DNA from: an uncultured Nitrososphaerota archaeon
GTDB lineage: Archaea; Thermoproteota; EX4484-205; JAAOZP01
DNA: 64,000 bases
NCBI GenBank assembly: GCA_964416155.1
Contig: CAYQCW010000001.1
Coordinates: forward strand, 170,943 to 234,942
Direction: 5' to 3'
Shown here: one piece after another, positions 36,858-47,120 of the stretch
Numbering within the stretch: the stretch's first letter is position 1
How the letters are laid out: every line of letters starts with the position of its first letter
Made by a program: the position numbers and the translations under genes
The notes under the pieces: generated by a model
Told to the model about the DNA's origin: nothing
Database searches by the model: none
Seen by the model: the letters and a program-made list of their open reading frames with translations, nothing else

Positions 36858-37300
36858 CCGGACCTGCCTCCTGGAATATGGTTTCTATGAGGACAGGTCT
36901 TAGGATGGCCGAGAGCACTACACATGGAGTCAACAATCTTATCAGGAAGATATTGTTCAACCATGCTCGCGAATTCGCAAGCATCCTCCAGACTGATTGA
37001 AAGAACCCTGTACACGTATGTTTCGAAAACCCTGTGGTTCCTGATTATCCTGTTGACCTCCTCCAATCCTTTTTTCGAAAGGCTCGCTCCCCTCCAAAGA
37101 TATCTTTTAAGCATGCCCTTTTCCTCTAGTCTTCCAAGATATTCGCTTGCAGTCGCACATGAAACCCCCATCGCATCCGCTACTTCAAGGCTTCCAACCA
37201 TATCTCTTCCTGAAAGCAGTTTGAAAACCATCTTAAGATACTCAATCTCTTTCCCAGTCAGGCTCTTCGAAGCATGTTTTGAAGCTCCCGATTCAGGCAT
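36851..37300 (-). CDS. DtxR/MntR-family metal-dependent transcriptional regulator
   Basis: An HTH plus LGHPKTCPHRNHIP (the DtxR metal-site/dimerisation signature LG.P..CPHG..IP) identify the family. It is the first gene of the metal-uptake operon. Confidence 0.75.
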   Translation of the reverse strand: MPESGASKHASKSLTGKEIEYLKMVFKLLSGRDMVGSLEVADAMGVSCATASEYLGRLEEKGMLKRYLWRGASLSKKGLEEVNRIIRNHRVFETYVYRVLSISLEDACEFASMVEQYLPDKIVDSMCSALGHPKTCPHRNHIPGGRSGC

Positions 37301-37463
37301 GCGTTAATTTTAAGGAAGCTCCTAAATTTAAGTTTTCAAGGCAGGCTCCCATTAAGGGGCCTTATTCCACTGTTGATTAATCCCGTTACAGTGGATACGG
37401 GTGTATAAATAGGGTTTTTCAACTATTGTTTTTATTATGTTGCTATATTTGTTTAAAGCATGG

Positions 37464-37484
37464 TTGTGTCGTTTTGCGACACAA
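37464..37484. promoter_or_regulatory. Perfect 8-5-8 palindrome TTGTGTCG-TTTTG-CGACACAA (operator-like site)
   Basis: Read directly from the sequence. It lies in the AT-rich island, upstream of the small ORFs and about 165 bp upstream of the mntR-like start. Confidence 0.3.
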
Positions 37485-37611
37485 TCCTTTAATATCTCTA
37501 CGAATTATTGTGAGATAGGTTTGAAGGAGCTCAAACCGGTTCCGATTACATTTTCCTCCAACCATGTTCTTATTTGCCTTACGTTGTCTCCTTCTTTTCG
37601 GAGAATGAGAC

Positions 37612-37878
37612 TTGGTAAGCGTGTCTGAAGATTGGGCAAAGAAAATACTTGTTTCTATCGATAAAACGACATATAAACTTGTCGGAGTACCTGATTGGTC
37701 AAGCCATCGGGGTACTAGGATTACTATCGAGCTCCATGTGGTGGAGGAGAACAAGGATGAGGAGAGAGCACTTAAAGACAGTAAAGTTTTATACAGCGAC
37801 GAAATTAAAGAAGGCCGATTTATTACCGGAGAATTCTTGATGAGTGACGTATGGAAATCTACGGAGAACACTTCATGA
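37612..37878 (+). CDS. Hypothetical small protein in AT-rich island (TTG start)
   Basis: This 88-aa ORF has a stop that overlaps the next ATG as ATGA. Confidence 0.25.
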   Translation: MVSVSEDWAKKILVSIDKTTYKLVGVPDWSSHRGTRITIELHVVEENKDEERALKDSKVLYSDEIKEGRFITGEFLMSDVWKSTENTS

Positions 37879-38058
37879 AAATATTTGAAGAGCAGAAGGC
37901 GATGCTCGAAAAGTCTTTAAAGGTTAAGATTTTTGACCATAAAATTAGCATTTTTTAATCACGATGCTGAAAACTATGAGATTAGACTTGAATTTGACGG
38001 TCAAGAGATTGAAATAAGAAGGGTTTTCAGCGTTCCTTTTCCAGAGAAGACCTCATAA
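37875..38058 (+). pseudogene. Small ORF interrupted by a +1 frameshift at a T6 homopolymer (37951-37956)
   Basis: MKIFEEQKAMLEKSLKVKIFDHKISIF stops at the T-run. The next frame continues NHDAENYEIRLEFDGQEIEIRRVFSVPFPEKTS. Confidence 0.25.
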
Positions 38059-38143
38059 GTATACTCTGGAAATTTCTCGGAATGAAAAAACAGGAGAGAT
38101 ATGCTGGAGAGATAAGGCTGAGGAGGCTTATGTAAACACGTAT

Positions 38144-38350
38144 ATGCTGCTGAAGAAACACTTTGAAACACTTGAACACTTCACATATCCCAATTCTTCA
38201 GATATTGGAGGTAAGTATACTCTGAGATACAAGGGGCATCTATTTCACATAATTGTTAATCACTATTCTATGTCTATTCACTCGGATGCCCCCGTGAGCT
38301 ATTCGATGAATTTAACACTCATCAAGGATGATCAGCGCGCAAATCGATGA
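38144..38350 (+). CDS. Hypothetical small protein in AT-rich island
   Basis: 68-aa ORF in an AT-rich context. Confidence 0.2.
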   Translation: MLLKKHFETLEHFTYPNSSDIGGKYTLRYKGHLFHIIVNHYSMSIHSDAPVSYSMNLTLIKDDQRANR

Positions 38351-38537
38351 TGCGTGTACCAGCATGTTTTTGCCGTCTATTGACGTAAGAAAACATGTAA
38401 AGAGCCGATCAGGAACAATTACATCGGCTAGAGACAGATGTGCTAATATAATCCGGATTTTACGCTAGGCCTTGATTTAGATGAAAAGAACAAAAAAACA
38501 CTCGAAAAGAGGATGGGACGATGAAAATCATTCCTTT

Positions 38538-40688
38538 TCAGACGAGAAAAAACTCCTCTTTCTCGCCGAACTTCCTGTATTTCTTAAGCATATCCTCTTT
38601 CAAACTGGGTTTAACGGTTTGAAGAGCTTTTTCAAAATCCTCCTTAGTCACCTTGTCAGCATCCCTTCTCAAAGCGTTTAAGCCAGCCTCCCTGCAGAGC
38701 GCCTCCAGGTCAGCCCCAGAGTAGCCCTCAGTCCTCTTTGCAACCTCCTCCAGGCTAACGCCCTCCAAGGGCATTCTCCTCGTATGTATCTTAAGTATCT
38801 GGAGCCTTGAAGCCTCATCAGGCGGGGGAACATACAGCATTACTTCAAACCTTCCCGGCCTCATTATCGCAGGGTCGAGAAGTTCAGGCCTGTTAGTAGC
38901 GCCTATTATGATAATCCTCTCAATAGGGGTTAGCCCATCCATCTCTGTTAGAAGCTGGCTTACAACCCTCTCGGTTACGCCGCTGTCAGCCATGCTCATA
39001 CCCCTCCTCGGAGCGATCGCGTCAACCTCATCCAGGAAGATTATTGAGGGTGAGGCGAGCCTAGCTTTCCTAAACACTTCTCTTATTGCTTTCTCAGACT
39101 CTCCAACCCATTTTGAGAAGATTTCTGGACCCTTAATGCTTATGAAGTTGGCCTCGCTCTCAGTCGCGACTGCTCTAGCGAGAAGAGTCTTCCCGCATCC
39201 CGGTGGGCCGTAGAGAAGTATCGCTTTAGGAGGCGTTATACCTAGTTTTTCAAACTTCTCCGGGGTCTTTATCGGGAGCTCAACGGTCTCCCTGAGCCTC
39301 CTCTTAATCTCCTCGAGCCCCCCGACGTCACTCCACCTGACCGTGGGAACCTCAACGTATACTTCTCTCATAGCGGAGGGAGTTATTTCTTTAAACGCGT
39401 TCATGAAGTCCTCAGCCTTAACAACCATTTTCTCTAATACGGATTGAGGAATCCTCTCATCCAGCTTTATCTCAGGCAAGTATCTTCTCAAAGCCTTCAT
39501 CGCCGCCTCCCTGCATAGTGCAGCCAGGTCTGCACCAGTGTAGCCGTGCGTTATTTCAGACAGCTTCTTTAAGTCCACATCCTTGTCAAGCGGCATAGAC
39601 CTAGTGTGTATCTGAAGTATTTCAAGCCTGCCCTGCTTATCGGGCACTCCTATCTCTATCTCTCTGTCGAACCTCCCAGGCCTGCGTAAAGCAGGGTCAA
39701 TCATGTTCGGAACATTCGTTGCGCCTATGACGATCACGTCACCCCTAGCCTTCAAACCATCCATGAGCGCTAGAAGCTGAGCCACTACTCTTCTCTCAAC
39801 CTCGCCGCCAACCTCCTCCCTCTTCGGCGCTATAGCGTCAATCTCGTCTATGAAGATTATGCTCGGAGCCTTCTCCTGAGCCTCTTGGAAAACCCTTCTA
39901 AGCCTTTCCTCAGACTCGCCGTAAAACTTGCTCATTATCTCAGGCCCGTTTATAGAAAGGAAGTTGGCGTCAGACTCGTTTGCAACAGCCTTAGCAAGGA
40001 GCGTTTTACCAGTGCCAGGCGGGCCGTGGAGTAGCACGCCCTTAGGCGGCTCTATGCCCAGCCTCTGGAAAAGCTCAGGGTGTCTCAAGGGAAGCTCAAC
40101 CATCTCCCTTATTCGCTGAATCTCCTCGTGTAAACCGCCAATATCCTCGTAAGTAACCCTTGGAATAGCCAGCTTCTCAGCAGCCTCTTCGCTCACTATC
40201 TGCATCCTAGTGTCTGGAGTAACCTTCACGAAGCCTCTCGGCTTAACCCGGACCACGGTGAGGCCGAGTGCTTGGCCGCCGAAGACCGGTACTGCAACTA
40301 TATCGCCCTCGGTGAGGGGAGTGTCTATGAGCTTATCCCTAGCATAGTCTAGGAAATCCTCGTCCACGCTGGATATTCGCGTGCCCATTGGTGCTAACAC
40401 GACTTCGCTAGCGTTCTCAACCTTATCCACCTTCCTGATCTTCACGTAGTCCCCTATCGCAACCCCGGCGCTCCTCCTTATCAGGCCGTCCATCCTCACT
40501 ATCTTACGATCCTCATCCTCAGCGTAGCCGGGCCAGACTACTGCTGAAGCAGACTTCCTGCCAAGTATTTCGACAACGTCTCCAGTCTCAGCCTTAAGCT
40601 GAGCCATCTCCTTCCTCCCTATTCTAACTATCCTCCTGCCGACATCCCTCGGGCGTGCTTCAGCAACAACTAGTTGAACCTCACTCAT
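38538..40688 (-). CDS. cdc48: CDC48/VCP-like AAA+ ATPase (two AAA domains)
   Basis: An N-domain is followed by two Walker A/B modules ([24 protein letters not shown]). The protein is 716 aa. Confidence 0.95.
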   Translation of the reverse strand: MSEVQLVVAEARPRDVGRRIVRIGRKEMAQLKAETGDVVEILGRKSASAVVWPGYAEDEDRKIVRMDGLIRRSAGVAIGDYVKIRKVDKVENASEVVLAPMGTRISSVDEDFLDYARDKLIDTPLTEGDIVAVPVFGGQALGLTVVRVKPRGFVKVTPDTRMQIVSEEAAEKLAIPRVTYEDIGGLHEEIQRIREMVELPLRHPELFQRLGIEPPKGVLLHGPPGTGKTLLAKAVANESDANFLSINGPEIMSKFYGESEERLRRVFQEAQEKAPSIIFIDEIDAIAPKREEVGGEVERRVVAQLLALMDGLKARGDVIVIGATNVPNMIDPALRRPGRFDREIEIGVPDKQGRLEILQIHTRSMPLDKDVDLKKLSEITHGYTGADLAALCREAAMKALRRYLPEIKLDERIPQSVLEKMVVKAEDFMNAFKEITPSAMREVYVEVPTVRWSDVGGLEEIKRRLRETVELPIKTPEKFEKLGITPPKAILLYGPPGCGKTLLARAVATESEANFISIKGPEIFSKWVGESEKAIREVFRKARLASPSIIFLDEVDAIAPRRGMSMADSGVTERVVSQLLTEMDGLTPIERIIIIGATNRPELLDPAIMRPGRFEVMLYVPPPDEASRLQILKIHTRRMPLEGVSLEEVAKRTEGYSGADLEALCREAGLNALRRDADKVTKEDFEKALQTVKPSLKEDMLKKYRKFGEKEEFFLV

Positions 40689-40765
40689 GGTTTTCGAGAA
40701 AGGGCCCTGCCACTTAGATTTAAGCTTTCAACAAACCTGTTCACATTAGCCAGAGTAAAATAATC

Positions 40766-42544
40766 CTACTGTGCTTCCTTAGGCTCCTCCTCAATCTTCT
40801 TCAACTGACTTCTATACATTTCCAGGATCTCTTTAACGGTTGTAGCTTGCTCCGGAGACTTATCGTCCCTAAGCTTCCCCGTATACTTCGGGAAGCGGCC
40901 GGCGAAGCCTGACCCTTCTCTAACCAAGCCTAGGCCGCACGTGTGAACTGGGCTCAGGGTTATTTCGGAGACTATTATCTCAATGACGATCCTGGGCTCA
41001 ACCCAAACGTCAGCCTCAATCTTAGAATCCACCCTGGGATGCCTATGCTCAATCCTGTATTTGCCGACAAGCTCGGCGAACTTCTCAAGATCCTCGTCTG
41101 TAAAACCGGTTCCGCATTTAGCAAACGTTCTAAACATGTCCTCCTCAGGGTCATAGGCGGCTAGAAGATACGCGCCGTACCTGCCTGCTCTCTTCCCCCT
41201 ACCGTGGAAAGCCCCGACCATAACCAGGTCTATGGTGTCAGCGACCTCGACCTTATACTCCCTCTTCAGCTTTATCCAGCTCCACTCCCTGGCACCAGCC
41301 CTATAAGGTGCTTTCAAATCTTTAACAACAAGCCCCTCGCAGCCCTCTGAAATAGCCTCCTCCATGAAGCTCTCTATCTCCCTAGGATCTTTTGAAACGA
41401 TTTGTCTAACCAGCTTAACCCTCTCGTCTTCAACAATAATCCTGCTTAACGCAGACCTCCGTTCAACGTATGTTTTCTGAGTATAATCCATCTCATCAGC
41501 ATACAGTAGGTCGAAGAAGAACATGGCAACAGGATATTCTTTCATCGCCTCCTCCACGCCATACTTCCTCCTCCTGTGCATAAGCTCTTGAAACGGCAGC
41601 AGCTCTCCAGTATTCGGGTTTATCGCCACGCATTCAGCTTCAAGAATAGCCTCCCGGGCCTTCACATTCCTCCTAGCTAGCTCTATAGCGTCAGGATAGT
41701 GGCTAGTAATGTTTTCCAGCCGTCGTGAGAAAAGCATAATGCCACCACCATTCTTATGAATCTGGACGCGCTCTCCGTCGAGCTTATACTCTGCAGCGGC
41801 CTCGCCGCCAAGCTTTTCAAGAACCTCTTGAACGGTTGTCAAGCGTTCCGCAAGCATCGGCCTAACAGGTTTGCCGACCGTAATCTTAAACTCTGAAACA
41901 CCGCTGAGCCCCTTCTCAGCAACAGCTCTCGCAACAGCCCCCAGGTCGCTGGAAATGTTGTATGCACGCTCTATAACCGGCCTGTTAGACTTGTCGCCGG
42001 TGAACGCTTGAGCGAGAGCATCCAGAATCGTGTAGTCAGCTATGCCGAGCCTAAGCCTCCCGGTGATTGTTCTAACAGCATACTTAGCCTCCTTCGGAGA
42101 CATGTCTATCAGCAGGGAGACGAGCAGGCTCGTCTTCAGAGTCACAGAGCCTTTCCCACCCAGCTTGGCAAGCCTGTAGAGCTTCTCGTATACTTCCAGT
42201 AGGGTTGGGTTCCTGCTTACAAGCTTCCTCTGAACCTTTCTTCCTGCAAGGGTTTCCGCCGTGCTTCCAAGGTCTCCGGTATCCTTGTAGATTTTCTCAA
42301 CAGTCTTCTGGTCAAAACCTGAGAAATCCGCTAAAGCCCTTAAGACGAGTTTGTCAGCCATCCCGAATTCTAGGCCCTCGTAGTCAGGCCTAACCTTTCC
42401 CTGAAGCAGGTAGACAAGCTTCTCAAGCTCAGCAGGGCCAGCCTTCTTAAACAGGTCTACGAGGAAGCTCGTCATCTCAATCCTTTTCGACGTCAACTCA
42501 ACTTGCTCCATCGCGTCCGCGACTTCTCCGAAAAGCATAACCAT
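40766..42544 (-). CDS. lig: ATP-dependent DNA ligase
   Basis: The KxDG adenylation motif appears as EYKLDGERVQI. This 592-aa protein is of the archaeal Lig type. Confidence 0.95.
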   Translation of the reverse strand: MVMLFGEVADAMEQVELTSKRIEMTSFLVDLFKKAGPAELEKLVYLLQGKVRPDYEGLEFGMADKLVLRALADFSGFDQKTVEKIYKDTGDLGSTAETLAGRKVQRKLVSRNPTLLEVYEKLYRLAKLGGKGSVTLKTSLLVSLLIDMSPKEAKYAVRTITGRLRLGIADYTILDALAQAFTGDKSNRPVIERAYNISSDLGAVARAVAEKGLSGVSEFKITVGKPVRPMLAERLTTVQEVLEKLGGEAAAEYKLDGERVQIHKNGGGIMLFSRRLENITSHYPDAIELARRNVKAREAILEAECVAINPNTGELLPFQELMHRRRKYGVEEAMKEYPVAMFFFDLLYADEMDYTQKTYVERRSALSRIIVEDERVKLVRQIVSKDPREIESFMEEAISEGCEGLVVKDLKAPYRAGAREWSWIKLKREYKVEVADTIDLVMVGAFHGRGKRAGRYGAYLLAAYDPEEDMFRTFAKCGTGFTDEDLEKFAELVGKYRIEHRHPRVDSKIEADVWVEPRIVIEIIVSEITLSPVHTCGLGLVREGSGFAGRFPKYTGKLRDDKSPEQATTVKEILEMYRSQLKKIEEEPKEAQ

Positions 42545-42586
42545 GGTATTAAGCGCATTTGGAGTGGTAAAAATGTTTCTGTCTCT

Positions 42587-43054
42587 TCAGAAAGAATAGG
42601 GCTGGGATTCCGAGGCGAGGAAGGCTTCTAAGAGCTTCTTGAAATCAACCGGGTCTCCTTCCCCAACTCCGGGACATTGCTCGTCGAAGATGAAAACGTA
42701 CTCCTCGTAGCCGTGTTTGACCACCTCCACGTCTTCAGGGAGGCTTAGAAGACGCTCCAACACCTTTTTCTCAACTGGGTAGAAAGGGTAAAGCCTGCAT
42801 AAAAGAGGCTTATGATCGTGGATCGTGCAAAGCCCGTTTCCGAGGAATTGGCAGAAACCTTTTTCACCAACCAGGATCATCCTACCCTCAGGGGTACGGT
42901 GTGGATTGAAGGAAGGTCGGACTCTTCTAATCTTCCCCACATCTTCTTCAGAAACCTCTGGAGTAAGACCGCAGCATTTCTCCCCGCAAAGTTTGCATTT
43001 GAAAAGCATGTTCCTCCAAGCTATCGGAAGCCTAGGGGGAATAGTTTCAACCAT
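42587..43054 (-). CDS. YkgJ/UPF0153-family Fe-S (CxxCxxxCC) protein
   Basis: CKLCGEKCCG is present together with further conserved Cys residues. Confidence 0.5.
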   Translation of the reverse strand: MVETIPPRLPIAWRNMLFKCKLCGEKCCGLTPEVSEEDVGKIRRVRPSFNPHRTPEGRMILVGEKGFCQFLGNGLCTIHDHKPLLCRLYPFYPVEKKVLERLLSLPEDVEVVKHGYEEYVFIFDEQCPGVGEGDPVDFKKLLEAFLASESQPYSF

Positions 43055-43109
43055 TTCAACAGAAACTTACAGGAACCTTTTTAAAACCTTATTCTTCAAT
43101 TGAGGAGGC

Positions 43110-43691
43110 TTGACGCGTAAAACTGCTGAAGCCTTCTCCTACCTGTTATCTAACCCTGTGGTAGGTGGCCTCGGAGGACTCGTAGTAATGCTTAGGGAGG
43201 AGGCTTTCCCAGACAGCCCTGTGCTGAACATTTTAACGGTGTTGCTCTTCTACAGCATACTTCCCTTTGTAAGCGTCTACTATCTCAGGCTGCGCGGCAA
43301 ATCAGACGTGTTTATGAGTGAAAGAAGCAGGAGGCCGAAACACTTTATTCCTGGGTTAGTAGGCTACGCGGTTTCAGCAATCGTCTTCCAAGCCTTAGGA
43401 ATGAGGCTGATGAAAACCGTTTCATCCTCATTCCTTTTAACATCGCTGATCCTTCTGCTCCTAACATTCGCGACAAAGGTGAGCATTCACGTCGCAGGCT
43501 TGACTGCAACAGTAATCCTAGTGCTTTACTCCTACTGGCCCACCGGATTAATACTCTTACCTCTGATACCTGTTTTAATGTGGGCACGCGTAAACACGGG
43601 TGAGCATACCTGCTGGCAGACGGTGTTTGGCGTCTTTACAGGCACCGTGGGCAGCCTACTCGGAATAGCGTTTTTTCCATCATGGTCTTAA
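43110..43691 (+). CDS. Hypothetical polytopic membrane protein
   Basis: 193 aa with several hydrophobic helices. Confidence 0.4.
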   Translation: MTRKTAEAFSYLLSNPVVGGLGGLVVMLREEAFPDSPVLNILTVLLFYSILPFVSVYYLRLRGKSDVFMSERSRRPKHFIPGLVGYAVSAIVFQALGMRLMKTVSSSFLLTSLILLLLTFATKVSIHVAGLTATVILVLYSYWPTGLILLPLIPVLMWARVNTGEHTCWQTVFGVFTGTVGSLLGIAFFPSWS

Positions 43692-43694
43692 CGC

Positions 43695-44438
43695 TTACCA
43701 GTGCACGGTCAAGCTACCGAGCCTAGGGAAGGCTTTCAACCCTTCTCCCTGAGCGAGAAGTACCGGTGTAAAAGACATCAAGTCGACTTTCCTAAGGATG
43801 GGGGAAAGAAGACTGTTCACATCAACCTCGTTAACCGCCATCCCCATTGTCAATGGGTTCATCGAGGGGAGTACTATTATCTTCACCCCCCTGTGCTCAC
43901 CGTGGAGGAAGCTTTTAAACCGGTGTTTAACCCCTATGGAGTCCCTTATTGAGACAACAGGGTGTTCGTGACCCATCAGAACGATGCTCCCGTCTCCTGG
44001 CAGCTCGTGTTCCTTGTCTCCGTGTATTAGAAAGTATTTCCCAAGCCTCAGAGGCGGGTCCTGAAACTCCACGTTAAGCCTTCTTAGAACAAGCCTCACA
44101 AAATTGTCATGGTTCCCCCTAACCAGCAGTGGCTCAGCGCCCAAGCTGCGAACATCGTTAACAAAATCCTGAACCTGCGTCCATTCCTCAGGATTTAAGT
44201 CTCCAAACTCGTTCTTAACATCCCCGAGGATTATAAGTCTCTTAGCAGACCTGTGGTCGAAAATGTTTCTCAAAGACTTGACCACCGGGGCGTATGTTGG
44301 GAAGGGGATGTGTACTCCTTTCTCCTCGAGCTCCCATTCTAGGCCGAGGTGAATATCGGCTACAACCATGGCGTCCAGTGATTTCACGTACAGTGCTGGT
44401 TCGAACTCAACTATTTCAACATCGTCAGTTAGCAGCAT
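43695..44438 (-). CDS. Metallophosphoesterase (calcineurin-like; Lhr-associated MPE-type)
   Basis: DIHLG, GDV.N, GNHD and GHEH match phosphoesterase motifs I to IV. The 5' end overlaps the 3' end of the Lhr gene. Confidence 0.7.
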   Translation of the reverse strand: MLLTDDVEIVEFEPALYVKSLDAMVVADIHLGLEWELEEKGVHIPFPTYAPVVKSLRNIFDHRSAKRLIILGDVKNEFGDLNPEEWTQVQDFVNDVRSLGAEPLLVRGNHDNFVRLVLRRLNVEFQDPPLRLGKYFLIHGDKEHELPGDGSIVLMGHEHPVVSIRDSIGVKHRFKSFLHGEHRGVKIIVLPSMNPLTMGMAVNEVDVNSLLSPILRKVDLMSFTPVLLAQGEGLKAFPRLGSLTVHW

Positions 44439-47073
44439 GTATTGCCGCCAGAACCTCCCTGTGAAGCCTCTCTAGAAGAGTCCTCTTATCCTCCATGAGC
44501 ACAACGTCGGAGAAGCTTGAAACAAGCAGAGAGTGGGAGAGAGGGGAAGCAACCCTGTTAGGCTTGCAGACCACTAGGCTCCTCACACCCTCTTCGAACT
44601 CGGATACAAATCTCGTCGCGTTCTTAATATCCATAACATCCTCAAGGATCTCCCTGTATGTTTCCCTCATAACTGGGAAATCCTTCAAATCCTTCACAGC
44701 TTTAAGAACGTGTTCAGAGTTCAACTGCAGTTTAGAAACTATTACCTCATGACCCTTATAGTTCCTAAGTATCATGAAGCTCCTGACAGCAACATGCCTA
44801 AACCTGTGTTTCAACATGTCTGTCTTTTCAATCGACGAGACGACGAGTTCCTGAAGGTTTGAAGAGTTCACCGATCTAACAACCTTCTCTGGATCAACCC
44901 TGTATTTTGGCGGGAGCATCAGCAGGAAACCATTATCGCTCACCGCGATCTGTATTGAAACGGATCCGAGCAGGTTTGACGCCGCCACTGCGAACGCTCT
45001 TGAAAGGACATCATTAACCCTTCTTCCCACTAGGCTGTGGAAAACAAGAATCTGCCTATCCGACTCATCAACATAGTTCTCCACTATTAACGAGCCCTTC
45101 CTGATGTACGGGAGTATACCTATGTTGTTGAAGTATTCCGCGGTTATCCTGAGATAATCGTAGAGGGCGACAGCAGTCTTCCCGTCTACCTTGAAATACT
45201 CCATGTACTGCTTAACCCTGTCCTTCTTCCTGTCGAACAGGATTGTCTGGAGCTCTCTTACCCTGAACTCGTCAATCATGTTGGCCAAGTCGTAGGAGAG
45301 GGGGAGCATCTCGGAGAACCATTGGGGCACAGTCGGCTTCTCACCCTCAGCGGGTTCGACTATAAGCTTCATCAAACGGCTTTTCAAACACCTGTATGGC
45401 CTGCCTCCGAGCAGGAAGATGTCTCCGGGGGAAAGCCTTTCGAAAAACTCCTCCTCAATGTTTCCAACAGGCCTGTTGTCCCTTGTGAAGACCTTGACCA
45501 TCGCCATGTCGGGTATCGTACCGGTGTTAGTCATGTAGATCACCCTAGCGAGATTACCCCTTCTTCCGAAAACCCCGTCAGCCTCGTCAAGCCAAATCTT
45601 CCCGTAAACCTTGTATCCCTCAAGCTGCCTGTAGTACCCGCTTAAATACCTCAGGACGCTTACGAAATCCTCTCTTGTCAGGTTTCTGAAGTTGTATGAT
45701 CTCCTAACGAGACCATATGCTTCGTCAACCCTCCATTTTCTCTCAACAGCCATGCCTACGATGTGCTGAGCCAAAACGTCAAGAGGATTCTCCGGAATAT
45801 AGGCTTCGTCAAGCTTTCCTGCTTCAGCAGCCTTAGACATTACGAGTACCTCGAGAAGATCATCCCTCTCCATGGGTATGAAGATGCCTTTTGAAACAGC
45901 CTCGAGAGAATGGCCCGAACGCCCTACTCTTTGAATCGCCCGGGTCACGGACTTGGGTGAGCCTATTTGAACCACGCAGTCTATGAAGCCGATGTCTATG
46001 CCTAGTTCAAGCGAGGTACTGGTGACAACAGCCTTAAGCCTTCCCTTCTTCAACTTGTCTTCAACGTCCAGCCTAACCTCGCGCGATAGAGAAGAATGGT
46101 GAGCAGCATACTCGTCCTCGCTTAAAACGGTTTTAGGCCTGAGCTTCTTAAGATGGTATACTACTCTCTCGGTGCTGCTCCGCGTGTTGGTGAAGATGAG
46201 AGTAGTCCTGTTACGCCTTATGATTTCGTTTATCAACCTGTACATCCTCCTGCCGAGCTCTTCAGCAGGCGTGTGGACGAGGTGATGGTGCGGCGATACG
46301 ACTTTAAGCTCGAACCTCTTTGAAGCATGAACATCCACTACGGTGCAAGGCCTCGGCGAGGAATCCTCGTAACCAGCCAGGTAGGCAGCAATCTTCTCCA
46401 AAGGGTGGATGGTTGCGGATAAGCCTATCCTCTGGAAATCTTGGCCGGAGAAGCTTCTCAGCCTTTCAAGGCTTAGCGAGAGGTGGGCACCCCTCTTAGA
46501 GCTGCAGAGCTCGTGTATCTCATCCACCACAACCCATCTGACACCCTTTAGAAAAGATCTGAATTTCGGCGCTACGAGAATTATGGAGAGGCTTTCAGGA
46601 GTGGTTATGAGTATGTGAGGAGGCTTCTTAAGCATCCTTCCCCTTTCAGAGGTTTTAGTATCACCCGTCCTAACGTGTATCCTTATCTCTGGAAGAGAGA
46701 CCCCTTTCTCCTCGGCAAGCCTCCTCAGCTCTTCCAACGGTTGTGAAAGGTTCTTCCTCACGTCATTGTTTAAAGACCGGAGGGGAGAAACATAAAGACA
46801 ATAAACCCTGTCTTCAAGCCTGCCTTCGAAACCCATTTTAATCAGATCATCCAGAATTGTTAAGAAGCATGCGAGCGTCTTACCGCTTCCGGTTGGCGCA
46901 GAGATTAAAGTGTTCTCACCCCTCCTAATAGGGATTATCCCATAGGACTGCGGCGGGGTTAACCCTTTGAACCTGCTTCTAAACCATTCGCCAACAATAG
47001 GGTGGAGTACCCTAACAACATCCTCGAGCGAACTCTTAACAGTGTAGAACCTGAAGGGCTCCCCTGACATCAC
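44425..47073 (-). CDS. lhr: Lhr-type ATP-dependent DEAD/DEAH-box helicase (Lhr-core)
   Basis: Walker A APTGSGKT and a DEIH box are present. The 882-aa length and the Lhr-specific C-terminal domains (winged-helix-like regions, not examined) are consistent with Lhr-core. Confidence 0.85.
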   Translation of the reverse strand: MMSGEPFRFYTVKSSLEDVVRVLHPIVGEWFRSRFKGLTPPQSYGIIPIRRGENTLISAPTGSGKTLACFLTILDDLIKMGFEGRLEDRVYCLYVSPLRSLNNDVRKNLSQPLEELRRLAEEKGVSLPEIRIHVRTGDTKTSERGRMLKKPPHILITTPESLSIILVAPKFRSFLKGVRWVVVDEIHELCSSKRGAHLSLSLERLRSFSGQDFQRIGLSATIHPLEKIAAYLAGYEDSSPRPCTVVDVHASKRFELKVVSPHHHLVHTPAEELGRRMYRLINEIIRRNRTTLIFTNTRSSTERVVYHLKKLRPKTVLSEDEYAAHHSSLSREVRLDVEDKLKKGRLKAVVTSTSLELGIDIGFIDCVVQIGSPKSVTRAIQRVGRSGHSLEAVSKGIFIPMERDDLLEVLVMSKAAEAGKLDEAYIPENPLDVLAQHIVGMAVERKWRVDEAYGLVRRSYNFRNLTREDFVSVLRYLSGYYRQLEGYKVYGKIWLDEADGVFGRRGNLARVIYMTNTGTIPDMAMVKVFTRDNRPVGNIEEEFFERLSPGDIFLLGGRPYRCLKSRLMKLIVEPAEGEKPTVPQWFSEMLPLSYDLANMIDEFRVRELQTILFDRKKDRVKQYMEYFKVDGKTAVALYDYLRITAEYFNNIGILPYIRKGSLIVENYVDESDRQILVFHSLVGRRVNDVLSRAFAVAASNLLGSVSIQIAVSDNGFLLMLPPKYRVDPEKVVRSVNSSNLQELVVSSIEKTDMLKHRFRHVAVRSFMILRNYKGHEVIVSKLQLNSEHVLKAVKDLKDFPVMRETYREILEDVMDIKNATRFVSEFEEGVRSLVVCKPNRVASPLSHSLLVSSFSDVVLMEDKRTLLERLHREVLAAIHAAN

Positions 47074-47120
47074 TCGGCTCCTTCAAAGCTATGCTCAAGA
47101 TAGTGTTGATAAACCTTCCC

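Noticed and set aside
37301-38537. Integrated provirus or transposon hypothesis for the AT-rich island
   Set aside because: There is no integrase, transposase, terminal inverted repeats or flanking tRNA/direct repeats. It is described only as a compositional island.
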